In this document: piece by piece, positions 47,262-58,206 of the stretch
Layout: the number at the start of each line of letters is the position of its first letter
How positions within the stretch are numbered: the first letter of the stretch is position 1
Origin: Candidatus Latescibacterota bacterium
GTDB taxonomy: Bacteria; Latescibacterota; UBA2968; UBA8231
Reading direction: 5' to 3'
Assembly: GCA_965203175.1 (NCBI GenBank)
Contig: OZ241867.1
Coordinates: 2,688,001-2,752,000 of the forward strand
DNA: 64,000 nucleotides
Position numbers and translations under genes: made by a program
The notes under the pieces: model-generated
Databases searched by the model: none
Seen by the model: the letters and a program-made list of their open reading frames with translations, nothing else
What the model was told of the DNA's origin: nothing

Positions 47262-49748
47262 ATGAAAAACCACCAGAGCTTACTTACGGCCGCGCATATA
47301 GTGATCACGGCGTTCCTTTTGGCTGTCCATCCAACATTTGTTGCTGCGGATGCCTCCCATCCCAGCGACCCCTACTTCGCCCTCGACCGCGTACTCGACG
47401 TAAGCATTGAGATAGCACCCGAGGATTGGAAGCGCCTGCGCGGCCAGACGCGGACCTTTGCGGATATATTCGCCGGTGCCGACTGCCTCGACAGCCCTAC
47501 GGATGATATCTTCACTTGGTTTGAGGCGACCGTAACTGTGGATGGTGAAACTCTCACCCGAGTCGGCGTTCGCAAAAAGGGGTTCTTAGGATCGCTGAGT
47601 AAGGTGAAACCCGCGCTCAAGGTCCGCTTTGACAAGTTCGTCGACGGTCAGCTCCTCGGCGGCGCGATGAAGCGCTTGACCCTGAACAATGCCCAGCAAG
47701 ACCCGTCGCTGATCAATACCTGCATGGCCTACCACATCTTTGCTGCCGCCGGCCTGCCAGCGCCGCGCTGCAACTTTGCCACCGTTGCAGTAAATGGAGA
47801 AAACTTGGGCTTGTACGCACACGTCGAGAGCATGAAAACTGCCTTTTTGGAGCGCAATTTCTCCGATCCAAGCGGCAATCTCTACGAGGGTACCGTCAGC
47901 GACTTTCGTCCCAAATGGCGCGGTACTTTGCAAAAGAAAACCAACGAGGAAGAAGCAGACTGGTCGGATATCGACGCAGTCGTCGCCGCGCTGCAAGACC
48001 CCTCCCCGGCCGGCCTCGCAGCCCTGGCCGACATCATCGACATCAACCGCTTCCTCACCTTTTGGGCGACGGAAGTGCTCATCGGGCATTGGGATGGATA
48101 TGCTGGCAACCGCAATAACTTCTACGTGTATCGCGAGCCGGATGCGCCTTTTGTGTTCATACCTTGGGGTGCAGATCAAGTTTTTACCTCGATCGATGGT
48201 CCCTTCGACGATTTTGTGTCGCCGCCTTCAGTGACGGCGCACGGGGCCATCGCCCACCGTTTATACCGCGACGACGCGATGCGAGCCGCCTATGTAGCTC
48301 GCCTTAAGCAACTGCTCGACACAGTCTGGAACGAAGAAGAACTGCTCGACCTCGCCGACGAGATGGCAGCGATTGTCCAGCAACACGGGCTGGCCAAAAG
48401 GCGCGCCCGTGCCGCACGCGACGCAGACCGAGTGCGCCAGTTCATCCGCGAGCGTCGAGCGGTGATTTTGGCCGATCTCGACCCAGAGCCGGCTGCTTGG
48501 CCTTGGCCGCTGGCCTCGGCCGACATTTGCTGGCCGGAAAGAGGCGCGTTTGATCTGCGCTTTGAGACGACATGGGGATCGAGTGAGAGTGAAAATCCGC
48601 TGGGGGAAGGGACGGTCGCGTTCAGCAATTATCAGCTAGGGGGAAAAGAGCAGGGCTTTGATCTTTCGGGAGCCATAGCCGGCTTCGCAGAGGACGACGG
48701 ACTCACGGACAAAAACAGGGCGTCTGTATCCATTATCAGCCTTGGGAAAGACTTTGCCATAGATGTTCTCACCGTTTCGCTGCCGATTGACTGGGTGGAG
48801 AGCGGTGCCAACTTGCCCATCGACATGAAGGCAGTCACGGCCTACCGCGTGTCGTTGCCGTCTCCTGATAGTTTCCCGGACCAGTTTGAACTAATAGCCA
48901 AGGGAGGGATTGAATTCAGCGAGGCGAGTACGGAGCCGGGTGCAAAAATTTCGGGTCGGTTTTACGGCACCTTATTCAGCTTTGGCGGGGGAGAGGATGC
49001 GGCGTCAGAAGCTGGCGACGCAGAAGCCGGGACAGAGTTCGGACTGGTTATCAACGAGGTCGCCGCGCAAGGCGATCCCCTCGATTGGTTTGAACTCTAC
49101 AATGCCTCGGATGAGTCGATAGATCTAGCGGACTTTGTAATGGCCGACGATCTGACGGACGAGGATAAGCGCACTCCCTTTCCGGACGGCACGGTCATCG
49201 CGGCGGGTGAGTTTCTACAGATCGAGTTGGATAAAGATGGGTGGCCCGGCTTTGCCCTCGGCCGCGACGAAGAGCTGGGCATCTGGACGGCAGACGGCAC
49301 CTTGGTCGCTCAAGTCGATTGGGAAAAGGGACAGGCCGATGAGGGAACGAGTTGGGCGCGCTTGCCCGACATTACGGGCGATTTTCAGACCGTAGATACT
49401 CCTACACCCGGTGCTCCGAATGAGATCCCGACGGCGATTGCCGAGCAGACCGCCGGAGTGCCCGAGGCGTTTCGGTTGCATGGCAACTGGCCCAATCCAT
49501 TCAACGCCAGCACGACTGTTGCCTTTGACGTGTCAGGGACTGTACCTGTGCATCTAGTTGTGTACGACGTGCTCGGCCGCCGAGTCCGCACCCTGTACAG
49601 TGGGGAACTGCTGACGGCCGGCCACTATCGCACTTCTTGGAACGGTCGCGATGACGAGGGGCGGTCGGCTGCCAGTGGCGTCTATCTGTACCAACTCATC
49701 GCTGGAGAGGACTTTACTGCGGTGGGGCGGATGGCCTTGGTCCGCTAG
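47262..49748 (+). CDS. Secreted CotH kinase-family protein with lamin-tail and FlgD-Ig/T9SS-like C-terminal domains
   Basis: GVRKKG, LTLNN, GNLYEG, HWDGY..NRNNFY, IPWGAD; VINEV..DWFELYN..PTPGAPN; NWPNPFN..WNGRDD.G..SGVY; RBS before ATG 47262. Confidence 0.88.
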   Translation: MKNHQSLLTAAHIVITAFLLAVHPTFVAADASHPSDPYFALDRVLDVSIEIAPEDWKRLRGQTRTFADIFAGADCLDSPTDDIFTWFEATVTVDGETLTRVGVRKKGFLGSLSKVKPALKVRFDKFVDGQLLGGAMKRLTLNNAQQDPSLINTCMAYHIFAAAGLPAPRCNFATVAVNGENLGLYAHVESMKTAFLERNFSDPSGNLYEGTVSDFRPKWRGTLQKKTNEEEADWSDIDAVVAALQDPSPAGLAALADIIDINRFLTFWATEVLIGHWDGYAGNRNNFYVYREPDAPFVFIPWGADQVFTSIDGPFDDFVSPPSVTAHGAIAHRLYRDDAMRAAYVARLKQLLDTVWNEEELLDLADEMAAIVQQHGLAKRRARAARDADRVRQFIRERRAVILADLDPEPAAWPWPLASADICWPERGAFDLRFETTWGSSESENPLGEGTVAFSNYQLGGKEQGFDLSGAIAGFAEDDGLTDKNRASVSIISLGKDFAIDVLTVSLPIDWVESGANLPIDMKAVTAYRVSLPSPDSFPDQFELIAKGGIEFSEASTEPGAKISGRFYGTLFSFGGGEDAASEAGDAEAGTEFGLVINEVAAQGDPLDWFELYNASDESIDLADFVMADDLTDEDKRTPFPDGTVIAAGEFLQIELDKDGWPGFALGRDEELGIWTADGTLVAQVDWEKGQADEGTSWARLPDITGDFQTVDTPTPGAPNEIPTAIAEQTAGVPEAFRLHGNWPNPFNASTTVAFDVSGTVPVHLVVYDVLGRRVRTLYSGELLTAGHYRTSWNGRDDEGRSAASGVYLYQLIAGEDFTAVGRMALVR

Positions 49749-49852
49749 GACATCTGCACGAGTAACGCATATCACTAGCGACGGTGTTATAGTAAGCGAC
49801 GCCAGTGATGGTCCTAGCCGGACAACGTGAATTCATTGAGCATGAAAAAATA

Positions 49853-51487
49853 ATGACACGCTCGATTTCTCGTCTGATCTGTATCCTTTTGATTGCCTCG
49901 ACTCAAGCACAAGCCAAAGGGGCCGAGCCGACAATGCCTGCTGCGGAATTTACTTTCGAGCAGTACGAGGTCGTCATCGGCTTGGCGGAACGCCAGACCG
50001 TTTTGACGGGGTTCCTGCTCGGTGGTGCTGTTGCGGACCTTGCCGTGGTGAGCATCGACGAGAACGACGATCGCCGCTTGCACCTCTACGCGTTCGGCGA
50101 CGGTACTTGGATGCCGTTGCTCGACGCAACACTGCGTCCTGAGGTGTTGTTCGTCGACGTGGCCAACATCAGTGGACGCGACCGATTGATTGCGTATGAG
50201 CCCGATCGCTTGAACTGGTTCGATCCCGAATCGGCGACAGAACGCGCGCTAGTGTCAGTGACTTCTAACTTCAATCCACCTCGCCGCGGCGAAATCCCCC
50301 ATGTAGATGTTACTCGGGACGTGAACGGCGATGAGCGCGACGATCTGGTCGTGCCGGACGTCGATGGCTTCTGGGTGTTCATCCAGATGAGCGACGGCGC
50401 GTTTGCCGATCCCGTGCGGATCGGTCCTTCTACCAATATGAGTAGGATCTACGGAGCCGATGGATATCGCTACGGCCCTTGGTCTCAGAGCCGTGTTTAC
50501 GAGATGGACTACAACCGAGATGGTCGCCGCGACCTAGTGTTCTGGAACGCAGACCACTTCGAGGTTCACCTTCAGGACGAGCGTGGGCTGTTTACTCCGC
50601 AGGCGGAGACCTTCACGACCGATGTGGCATTTGACTCTGACAATCTTTCCTCACTCGCCACCGGAGACATGATGGGGAAGGTGCTGCACTCGTTAACCGA
50701 TATGAACGGCGACGAGGTCGCGGACCTAATGACTTTCTCTCTAGAGGGCAGGAATATTTCCAGCAAGCGTTCTACCTATGAGGTGCATTTCGGCACGCCA
50801 ACAGCCGATGGCGGCATTGTGTTTGCGCCGGAGGTCGGAGCCGCGTTTCAGTCTGATGGCAGCATCCAACTCGGGCTGGACCGACACGACTTTGATCGCG
50901 ATGGCCAGGTTGACCTTATGTTGACAACCATCGATCTCGACTTCCTCGAAGGCAGCCTCTGGAAGAGCATCAAGGGGTTCATGGGCGATGACATCTGGTT
51001 GGATCTCGAGTTCTACCACATGGAAGAGGGCCGCTATCCCGATACACCTGATGCCATCCGCAGAATCGCGTTGGACGGTGTGCCCAGTCATCGCGAGCCG
51101 GGGTCGGTGTCCTTGGACATCGTGCTTCGAGGGGCGACGCACGAACGCCGAAGGACACAAAAGAGTTGGCCGCGCGCGTTCAACTCGACTTTGCTCATCG
51201 GGGATGTGACCGGCGACGGCCTCTCCGACCTGCTCATCGGGCAGCATCCGAGGCACTTGGACGTCTTTGTTGGCATGCCGGGACCGGACCTGTTCTCCCA
51301 ACGGCCTCAAGACGTTGCGGTCGCCGTGCCCAACGACGAGGAATACACTTGGCTGGTGGACCTCAACAAGGACGGTAAGCAGGATGTCCTCATGCATCAC
51401 CCGTTCACGCTACGAGATGCTCACGGAGCCCGGAGACTGCCGCTGGGAACCGAGCCGCATCGGGTGACGGTGCTGATCGCCCGATGA
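49853..51487 (+). CDS. Secreted FG-GAP/VCBS repeat protein
   Basis: Repeats DVNGDERDDL, DYNRDGRRDL, DMNGDEVADL, DFDRDGQVDL, DVTGDGLSDL, DLNKDGKQDV. Confidence 0.85.
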   Translation: MTRSISRLICILLIASTQAQAKGAEPTMPAAEFTFEQYEVVIGLAERQTVLTGFLLGGAVADLAVVSIDENDDRRLHLYAFGDGTWMPLLDATLRPEVLFVDVANISGRDRLIAYEPDRLNWFDPESATERALVSVTSNFNPPRRGEIPHVDVTRDVNGDERDDLVVPDVDGFWVFIQMSDGAFADPVRIGPSTNMSRIYGADGYRYGPWSQSRVYEMDYNRDGRRDLVFWNADHFEVHLQDERGLFTPQAETFTTDVAFDSDNLSSLATGDMMGKVLHSLTDMNGDEVADLMTFSLEGRNISSKRSTYEVHFGTPTADGGIVFAPEVGAAFQSDGSIQLGLDRHDFDRDGQVDLMLTTIDLDFLEGSLWKSIKGFMGDDIWLDLEFYHMEEGRYPDTPDAIRRIALDGVPSHREPGSVSLDIVLRGATHERRRTQKSWPRAFNSTLLIGDVTGDGLSDLLIGQHPRHLDVFVGMPGPDLFSQRPQDVAVAVPNDEEYTWLVDLNKDGKQDVLMHHPFTLRDAHGARRLPLGTEPHRVTVLIAR

Positions 51488-51506
51488 GCAAAAGAGAGCT
51501 TACTCA

Positions 51507-52076
51507 GTGAAAGCGATCAGAAAGGGACTTATCCCCCTCCTTGGGCTTGTTGTACCCGGAAGCGTTTCAGCAGAAGAGCGGAGCGATTTTTATTTTTTCA
51601 TGGGGGCGGGTGCTTTATCCAGTTTCAAGCGATCTACTGGGCAATCCCCCACCATCGAATTCGGTGTGTGGAAACCTCTCGCCATCAGGGATAGGAGTAC
51701 TACAGGTGTTTATATTGGCCACGGTGGGGCCAAAACCACGGTTCGCCAAAACAGCCTGATCAGGGAAGGCGACACACCGATTCTGCTAACACACCTCTTC
51801 GTTTATCATTCCTTTGAACTAACTGATTCTTGGACCAGTTTTCTCGAATACGGATTTTCTATCATAGGCTTTGATCACAAGGGAACTTCTCTTTCGCTTG
51901 CGGGCTTGGGTTTTGGCGCAGGGGTCGGCTACAATCTGTGGAAAGACTGGCTGCTGACTTTCAAGACAAGATACGTTACGGTGAACCAGTCATATCTCGG
52001 CGACCATATCCTGCATAAACAATTCTCTGGCTCGGTTGGGTTGGCTATTCCGGTGGACTTACCGGGATTCTCCTAA
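51507..52076 (+). CDS. Small putative outer-membrane beta-barrel protein
   Basis: Signal peptide, GFGAGVGYNL strand; lower GC than flanks. Confidence 0.6.
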   Translation: MKAIRKGLIPLLGLVVPGSVSAEERSDFYFFMGAGALSSFKRSTGQSPTIEFGVWKPLAIRDRSTTGVYIGHGGAKTTVRQNSLIREGDTPILLTHLFVYHSFELTDSWTSFLEYGFSIIGFDHKGTSLSLAGLGFGAGVGYNLWKDWLLTFKTRYVTVNQSYLGDHILHKQFSGSVGLAIPVDLPGFS

Positions 52077-52111
52077 CTGGTGAGAGTGCTGGAGTGGTGA
52101 GATTCTGCCAT

Positions 52112-53320
52112 TTAAGGCCGCACCACGCTCCCATCGGCCCGGCGGTCCTCAGCCGCGTAAAAGGCGCGCACCTGGTCCCCGACCAACAGATTCTTCGCCT
52201 TCTCCTCGTCGATGTCGACCCCTAGCCCCGGCTGGTCGTTGGGATACATGTATCCCCCTTCCATGGTTGCGTGCCCGGGGAAGGCCTCCAATTCCGCTGG
52301 GCTGAAACCGTTCTCCTCCTGAATCCCAAAGCTGTAGCTCGACATATCGAGGTGCATGGCCGCGGCTTGGTTGACCGGATCGTTGTCTCCACCCTCCTGC
52401 CAAGCCGTCTGCACACCGTAAAACTCGCAGAGGGCGGCGATTTTGCGACAGGGAGTGATGCCGCCGCCTTTGGCCACCCGGATGCGAATGTAGTCGATGA
52501 GGCGCTCGCTGATCAGCGGCAGATATTCGTGGACATTGACGAATAGTTCGCCCATGGCCTGCGGCGTGGTGCATTGCTGGCGCATGAGCCGGTACCAGCC
52601 GATTTGCTCAGGTGCAAGCGCGTCTTCGAGGAAAAACAGCCGATAGGGCTCCAGTCGCTTGGCCAGTGCCACTGCGATTTGGGGTTTGAGGTGCTCGTGG
52701 ACGTCGTGGGTGAGCTTGGGGCCAAACCCCAGCTTGTTGCGCAGGTACTCGAACATCGCGGGAATAGCCTCTAGATAGGCTTCGTCGTCAAAGGCCGGTG
52801 CTGCGGACCAAGCATTGCGCGGCTTGAGGGCGTTTTCCACGAATCCGCCGCCGCCATAGCCGCCAAGTTGGCAGCGGATTACCGGCCAGCCCTCGTCGAT
52901 GTAGCGCTGGATGTCATCGGCGAGCGACTCGTGGTCGCCACCGCCGGCGTGGGCGTAGCAGGGGACCGCCGCGCGGCAGGCCCCGCCCAGCAGTTCGTAC
53001 ACGGGCATCCCGGCCTCCTTGCCCTTGATGTCCCACAGGGCCATGTCGATGCCGCCCAGCGCGGCGTTGAGGATGGAGCCGCTGCGCCAGTAACCGCTGT
53101 TGTACACGCACTGCCAGATGTCTTCGATGCGGCTGGCCTCGCGGCCAATCAGCAACGGCCCCAAGCTCTCTTCGAGAGCCGTGGCGACAGTGGCGGCGTG
53201 ATTGTGCTCGCTGGCCGAGCCGATGCCGTAGAGGCCGGGCTGGTCGGTGATGATTTTGACGATGACCCAAGTGCCGTTCTGGCGGGTGCGGATGCAGCGG
53301 ACTTCTTTGATCTTGGCCAT
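52112..53320 (-). CDS. Enolase-superfamily dehydratase (ManD/RspA-like)
   Basis: IEDIWQ, GIDMALWDIKGK, HDVHE, FLED, MGE, PGLGVD, DGSV. Confidence 0.9.
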   Translation of the reverse strand: MAKIKEVRCIRTRQNGTWVIVKIITDQPGLYGIGSASEHNHAATVATALEESLGPLLIGREASRIEDIWQCVYNSGYWRSGSILNAALGGIDMALWDIKGKEAGMPVYELLGGACRAAVPCYAHAGGGDHESLADDIQRYIDEGWPVIRCQLGGYGGGGFVENALKPRNAWSAAPAFDDEAYLEAIPAMFEYLRNKLGFGPKLTHDVHEHLKPQIAVALAKRLEPYRLFFLEDALAPEQIGWYRLMRQQCTTPQAMGELFVNVHEYLPLISERLIDYIRIRVAKGGGITPCRKIAALCEFYGVQTAWQEGGDNDPVNQAAAMHLDMSSYSFGIQEENGFSPAELEAFPGHATMEGGYMYPNDQPGLGVDIDEEKAKNLLVGDQVRAFYAAEDRRADGSVVRP

Positions 53321-53477
53321 TGGCCTCCTCCTTGCGCGAGTTTGAGATTAGAGCGCCAAAACGGCGTTCTGTGGGGCGGTTCCCCAGGGCCTAGGGAGAG
53401 GCATCAGCCTCAACGTCCTGAAGAAGTAGCAGCGACTGGGGTAGGCAATATTGAGCGTTGTCAAATATAAAATGCTA

Positions 53478-55784
53478 TCAGTAGGCTACCGAGATCAGGT
53501 AGTTCTCGCTGCGGGTAAGCGCGTCGCCCTCGGCCGTGACGCGGAGGATGTAGATGCCCGGCGCGACGGTGCGGCCTTGGCTGTCGCGTCCGTCCCAGTG
53601 ATAGGTCTGGTGCCCGGCCGTTGTGGCTGCGTCGCTGATGAGGGCGATCCGGCGGCCGGTCAAGGTATAGACGCCGAGAATGACTGGTCGGGGATCAAGC
53701 ATTTTGAACAGGTCGAGGTCAATTTGCAACCGGTCTGAAATCCCGTCGCCATTGGGCGTCAGTACTCGGTTCGATAGCGACAGATCCGCAAAGAGTCGCC
53801 CGTCGGTGGGCAAGGAGACAAAGGTGCGGTCGCTGGCAATGGCGGTCTCGGCGTCGCCTGGGTCAACCTGTTGGCGCAAAGTGGTTGACAGGGCACTGTT
53901 GAACAGAAAGGCTTCGAAGCGGGTCTGATTGAGATAGAGGGTACTCTCGAAGTCAATCTCGAGTAGGACCGAGCGTCGCACTGGCTCAGCGAGGCTGATT
54001 TTGAAGCCCTGTTCGGTTTCTTCGACCGTAGGGGCGACCGGCTCGCCAGCGAGGCGCAACGCGTGGAAGGTGGCCCCAGCGGTAGAGGTCAGTTGGATCT
54101 GATCAAAGCCACGGCTCGACGAGACGAAGTCAGAGTGAAGATAGTACGTAAACTGGCTCCGTTCGCCGGGGACGACCTCAATGGGGAAGACTTCGGCGCG
54201 CGTCTCTTGGGCCAGCGGGTTGTCGTATTCGAGGACGATATCGTCTAAGGTCGCGGCGGCGAAAGGGTCTTCGGAGAGGAGGCGGATGTCCAACTGCACG
54301 TAGCGGCGGGGGCCGGGCGAGAGGAAGACCTGGCCGGAGGTGGCGTAGGCGCGGCTCCAATTGCTCCAGTCGGCTCCCGCGGTGCGAATGGTGTCGATGG
54401 GCCCTCGGAAGCTAGGGATCAGCTTGTCGTATTTCCGCTCGGTGACTTGCTTGCCGTTTTTGTCGTAAAAGACGTACTGACTGTCGAGGAGGTTGCCGGT
54501 GCGGCTGCGAATTTCAACGCGCGTTTGTGGCGGCGCGTCGAGGTTCCATTCTATTTCCGCAATGTGTTGTATGGAACCGAGGTCGTAGATGGGCGACCGC
54601 GCCATGACTTCGGCTGGATGGCCTTCGCCGAAGACCTGCCACTCGGCGGTGGTGCCGATGCGGCCGTTAAAGGCTTCAAAGCCCTCGGACATGGGGAAGA
54701 TCAGCCGCACGTGGCGGACTTTGCGCAAGGGGAAGCGCTCTTGGAAGTGGCGGACTTTCGTTAGATTGCGTCGATCCGAGGGCAATTCGCCCAGCAACTC
54801 CCAGCTCAACGAGCCATCCGGTGCCCGAGAGCCGTCCGACGCGAAGAATTGGTACCAGAGGTAGTTGAGTTGACGCTGCCGGCCACAGTCACCGCACGCC
54901 GCCTTAGGCGCGATGCCACTGGGATCACCCAGCATCCGCACCCGATCCACCCAATACAGCGCGCCTAGGTCAATCTCGAACTGACCGATCTGCTGTTCGG
55001 GCTGCGTGCCTGAGCCACCGCGATGCACCGTGCCCCAGTAGGTGGTGATATCGCCATCAACGAGAGTATTGCTGATCCCCTTCGACTCGATGAGGGTGCG
55101 ACCCAACTTAGAGGTGACCTCAGAGATGATCTGGACGCTGCCGCCCCTACCCCATATCCCCAGCGAAAGGTTGTCGCCGATGCTTTCGACCACCACCTCG
55201 CTCAGGCGGATATTCTCCGTGGGCAGATCGGCTTCAATGCGGATATTCTTGAGCGGCTTAAGCTCATAGTCAATCTCGATGACGTGGGCTTCGTTAAAGC
55301 TGTAGCGCCAGCGCTTGTTGTAGCGCAGCGTGCCGGGGAGTATGGAATTGGCATTGCTGAAGAAAGGCTCGCCATCGGAGGTAAGAATCTTGAAAAACTC
55401 CAGCGGGGTGCTGTCGGCGGCGAAGTGGAGCTGGATTTTGCGCGCCGAGACCACGCGCCCCAGATCGACTTCGATCCACCAATCCTCGACGCTGGCGTTT
55501 GGCTCGGGAGCCCAATAGGTCGTCAGGTCGCCGTCGATGAAATGGCGGGCATCGCCGGGATTGGAGCCGACTTTGCGGATGCCACCACTGGCAAAGTCTA
55601 AGGCGTTGGCCACGGCGTTGATGTCGCGGCGGACAAAGGCGGGTTTGAGCGTACCGAGCGCGACTTCGACGGCGTCGCCGGGCAGTTGCCATTGGCGCCA
55701 GTCGTTGGAGGTGGCGATGCGGAGTTGGTCGCCAGCGAGGGGCGTGGCGAGCAGCAGGGCACTTATGAGGATGGCGTTGCGCAT
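53478..55784 (-). CDS. Secreted discoidin-like / FlgD-Ig domain protein (paralogue A)
   Basis: Signal peptide MRNAILIS, IDGDLTTYW, EVDLG, TPNGDG, WDGRDSQG..APGIY. Confidence 0.8.
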   Translation of the reverse strand: MRNAILISALLLATPLAGDQLRIATSNDWRQWQLPGDAVEVALGTLKPAFVRRDINAVANALDFASGGIRKVGSNPGDARHFIDGDLTTYWAPEPNASVEDWWIEVDLGRVVSARKIQLHFAADSTPLEFFKILTSDGEPFFSNANSILPGTLRYNKRWRYSFNEAHVIEIDYELKPLKNIRIEADLPTENIRLSEVVVESIGDNLSLGIWGRGGSVQIISEVTSKLGRTLIESKGISNTLVDGDITTYWGTVHRGGSGTQPEQQIGQFEIDLGALYWVDRVRMLGDPSGIAPKAACGDCGRQRQLNYLWYQFFASDGSRAPDGSLSWELLGELPSDRRNLTKVRHFQERFPLRKVRHVRLIFPMSEGFEAFNGRIGTTAEWQVFGEGHPAEVMARSPIYDLGSIQHIAEIEWNLDAPPQTRVEIRSRTGNLLDSQYVFYDKNGKQVTERKYDKLIPSFRGPIDTIRTAGADWSNWSRAYATSGQVFLSPGPRRYVQLDIRLLSEDPFAAATLDDIVLEYDNPLAQETRAEVFPIEVVPGERSQFTYYLHSDFVSSSRGFDQIQLTSTAGATFHALRLAGEPVAPTVEETEQGFKISLAEPVRRSVLLEIDFESTLYLNQTRFEAFLFNSALSTTLRQQVDPGDAETAIASDRTFVSLPTDGRLFADLSLSNRVLTPNGDGISDRLQIDLDLFKMLDPRPVILGVYTLTGRRIALISDAATTAGHQTYHWDGRDSQGRTVAPGIYILRVTAEGDALTRSENYLISVAY

Positions 55785-55897
55785 GGGATGTATCCGGTTG
55801 AGCCGAACAATAATCCAATATAGGATGCGCAAAAGGAACCTAACAAGTGATCTTGGCAAAGTGATCAGCTGGGGAGATGAAGTCGATGAGTCGGTGG

Positions 55898-57964
55898 TCA
55901 TCTCCTCCACTCCACCACCTCCCGCCGCGCCAGATGCGCCTCCACCTCGGCTCGGCTGCGCCATACCGGCCGCAACTCCTGCTGCGCCATCAGGTCCAGT
56001 TGATCGCCCCGGTGCGGCGAATCCGGCTGACTCGCATTGCCATAGCCCAGCAGCACCTGCGCTCGCACTGGCTCGCTGAACTCCACTACCGCCACGAACG
56101 AATCACCACCTCGCACCTCGAAGAGACCGTCCGCACTGCGGGCAAACCACAGCGTCCGAAAACTCGGCCCGCCGCTGGCCGGTAGATCCCGGTCCGCAAA
56201 GCGCAGGCGGTGTACTTCACCCCAGGGAACATCGAGCGCCCCGTGCGTTTCTACTACTTTTTGGGCCGCCCGCTCTAGAGCCGCCACAGCGCCTCGGGGA
56301 TTGGCCAGGCCAGCGGGTGTGTTCAGCGGGTCGTCCACCTGCCAAGTCGTGCGGAAGAGTGCTCTTCTCACTTGCGCGGCCCACTCATCAAACAATACTG
56401 CTCCCCGACTGTCCGCAGCCACCCGCCGGTCCCACGCGGCCAGCACCGTTGCAGCGGGCCGCACCGAGTCGCTGCCATGCTCTGCTACCGCCTTGAGCAA
56501 ATCGTCGAGCACTCGGTCGGCCATTTCCCGGCGGGTCGAGTGCTTGTACTCGATCAGTTCTGCAAAGGAGATCGACGCATCCTCGCTCAACATGCGCACT
56601 GAGCGCTGTTGCCGAAAGCCCAAGTGCGGCCCCGGTGCCATATAAGGTGGAAAATCCCCCGGGTCCAACAGTAGGGGCATAGTCGCCGTCCAGGGCGAAT
56701 CGTTGGTGTTTTGCACCCAGCCGCTGGGCGGGTCCAGCAAGCGCGGCAAATCCCCGTACGCGTGCGTCTTTATCCACAGGGTCGCTGCCGTATTCCCCGG
56801 CACCACACCCTGCCAATAGTTCCAATCGCCCTGACTCCGGCGCGGTGTGTGGCCCCCAAACAAATAAAGGATATGCCCGTCCCGGTCGGCGTACACCACG
56901 TTGAAGAAGGGCATCTGCAAGCGCTGGAGCGCCGCCTCGAACTGAGCTAGCGAGGTCGCTTGAATCATATCCCAGTATTGTTCCATGAGATGGGGCTGAT
57001 CTAGGCCTACCAACCGCAGGGCTACGGCCTTGTCCTGCTTGCGGGCCAAAACCGGTCCGTGCACCGAGCGCAAAATGAGCAGTGGCTCGGCCCTGCGCGT
57101 CCCATCCTCCTGCCGCACCCACAGCGTGTCCACGCTCTGCTCAAAGGCTCGCACGCGGTCGTCCCATCGGTAGCCGCCCTCCATCAATTCCAACTCGTAC
57201 AGGTCGGCTCCGTCCATGGGGTTGTTCGTGTGGGTCCAGCCTAGGTGGTCGTTGAAGGCAATGCCCAAAAGGGGAAAGCCCACCAGCGTCGCCCCGTACG
57301 CGTCCAAACCCGGCCCCTTTAGCTGTACCTCGAACCAAGTCGTCATGCCGCCCCAGGGCAAGTGCGGATTGGCCAACAACATGGCGTGGCCGCTGGCTGA
57401 CCGGGATGGGGCCACAGCCCAAGCATTGGATCCGGCCCGCTGCCAATTTTGTGCCTCCCGAGCCTGACTGGGAGCTACAAAAGACAGATGAATGACGCGC
57501 TGCAAATGCGCCAGCGGATCCTCTGGTGCGACTGGCAGTACTAGCTGCCGATCGGGGGTGAGTTGGTCGGGATAAGCTCGGGCATAGGCGTTTATTCCGG
57601 CGACGAAGGCATCGAGGTAGGTGCGCATCTGGGGATTTTGCGCTTGGTACCAGGTGTGGGCTCGTTGGGGAACGCCCATGATTCGCACGTACTGATCTCC
57701 TTGGACATAGCGCCTTCCCCAGTACTCGGCGGCCCGGCCTCGGGCCTGACCGTACAACTCCAGCAGCAAATCGCCGTGATTGGCCATCTGCGCCCAGCCA
57801 AAGGCGTAGAACAGCTCGGGCATATCGCCGGCGAAAATGTGCGGCACACCCCAACTATCCCACAGTATCTCAGTCGGCCCGGTCGGCTCTTCCACTGGAC
57901 GCGATGCCGGACCACAGGCGTTCAATCCCGCCACAAGAACGATCAACAGCAGAAGACTCGGCAT
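55898..57964 (-). CDS. Penicillin acylase family (GL-7-ACA/AHL acylase-like) lipoprotein
   Basis: LNAC lipobox, WDSWGVPHI, GSNAWAV nucleophile, LANPHLPW. Confidence 0.92.
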   Translation of the reverse strand: MPSLLLLIVLVAGLNACGPASRPVEEPTGPTEILWDSWGVPHIFAGDMPELFYAFGWAQMANHGDLLLELYGQARGRAAEYWGRRYVQGDQYVRIMGVPQRAHTWYQAQNPQMRTYLDAFVAGINAYARAYPDQLTPDRQLVLPVAPEDPLAHLQRVIHLSFVAPSQAREAQNWQRAGSNAWAVAPSRSASGHAMLLANPHLPWGGMTTWFEVQLKGPGLDAYGATLVGFPLLGIAFNDHLGWTHTNNPMDGADLYELELMEGGYRWDDRVRAFEQSVDTLWVRQEDGTRRAEPLLILRSVHGPVLARKQDKAVALRLVGLDQPHLMEQYWDMIQATSLAQFEAALQRLQMPFFNVVYADRDGHILYLFGGHTPRRSQGDWNYWQGVVPGNTAATLWIKTHAYGDLPRLLDPPSGWVQNTNDSPWTATMPLLLDPGDFPPYMAPGPHLGFRQQRSVRMLSEDASISFAELIEYKHSTRREMADRVLDDLLKAVAEHGSDSVRPAATVLAAWDRRVAADSRGAVLFDEWAAQVRRALFRTTWQVDDPLNTPAGLANPRGAVAALERAAQKVVETHGALDVPWGEVHRLRFADRDLPASGGPSFRTLWFARSADGLFEVRGGDSFVAVVEFSEPVRAQVLLGYGNASQPDSPHRGDQLDLMAQQELRPVWRSRAEVEAHLARREVVEWRR

Positions 57965-58206
57965 ACAAAATCCTTTCCAGTGCGTCGCATTTCGTCGGTA
58001 CCTTTGCTTGGCTCCTGCCCGGCCGCGAACTCCTCGTTGCGCAAAAGCGTCTGCAAGGTGGCCGTGAATTTGATTATGTTCTGCCTAGGCTGTTCGCTGG
58101 TCCATATTCCTCGATCTTGGCCATGGGTGCCTCCGTGTGTAGGTTTGCTATGAAAAATAAGCTTCCTGCGATAGACGAAAAACCCGCTTTTACTGCGAGG
58201 AGACGT

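Noticed and set aside
53321-53477. Possible riboswitch upstream of the ManD-like gene (GCTGATG, AACCGC)
   Set aside because: Fragments are in the wrong order for a fluoride riboswitch and the context does not fit; an Infernal search would settle it
54028-54047. GTAGGGGCGACCGGC matching the REP half-site
   Set aside because: Lies in coding sequence aligned with the paralogue (EPVAPT vs EPVEVT) with no insertion and an incomplete palindrome; likely chance
55785-55964. Extended N-terminus of the 828-aa ORF
   Set aside because: Overlaps the acylase end; the signal peptide begins at 55784
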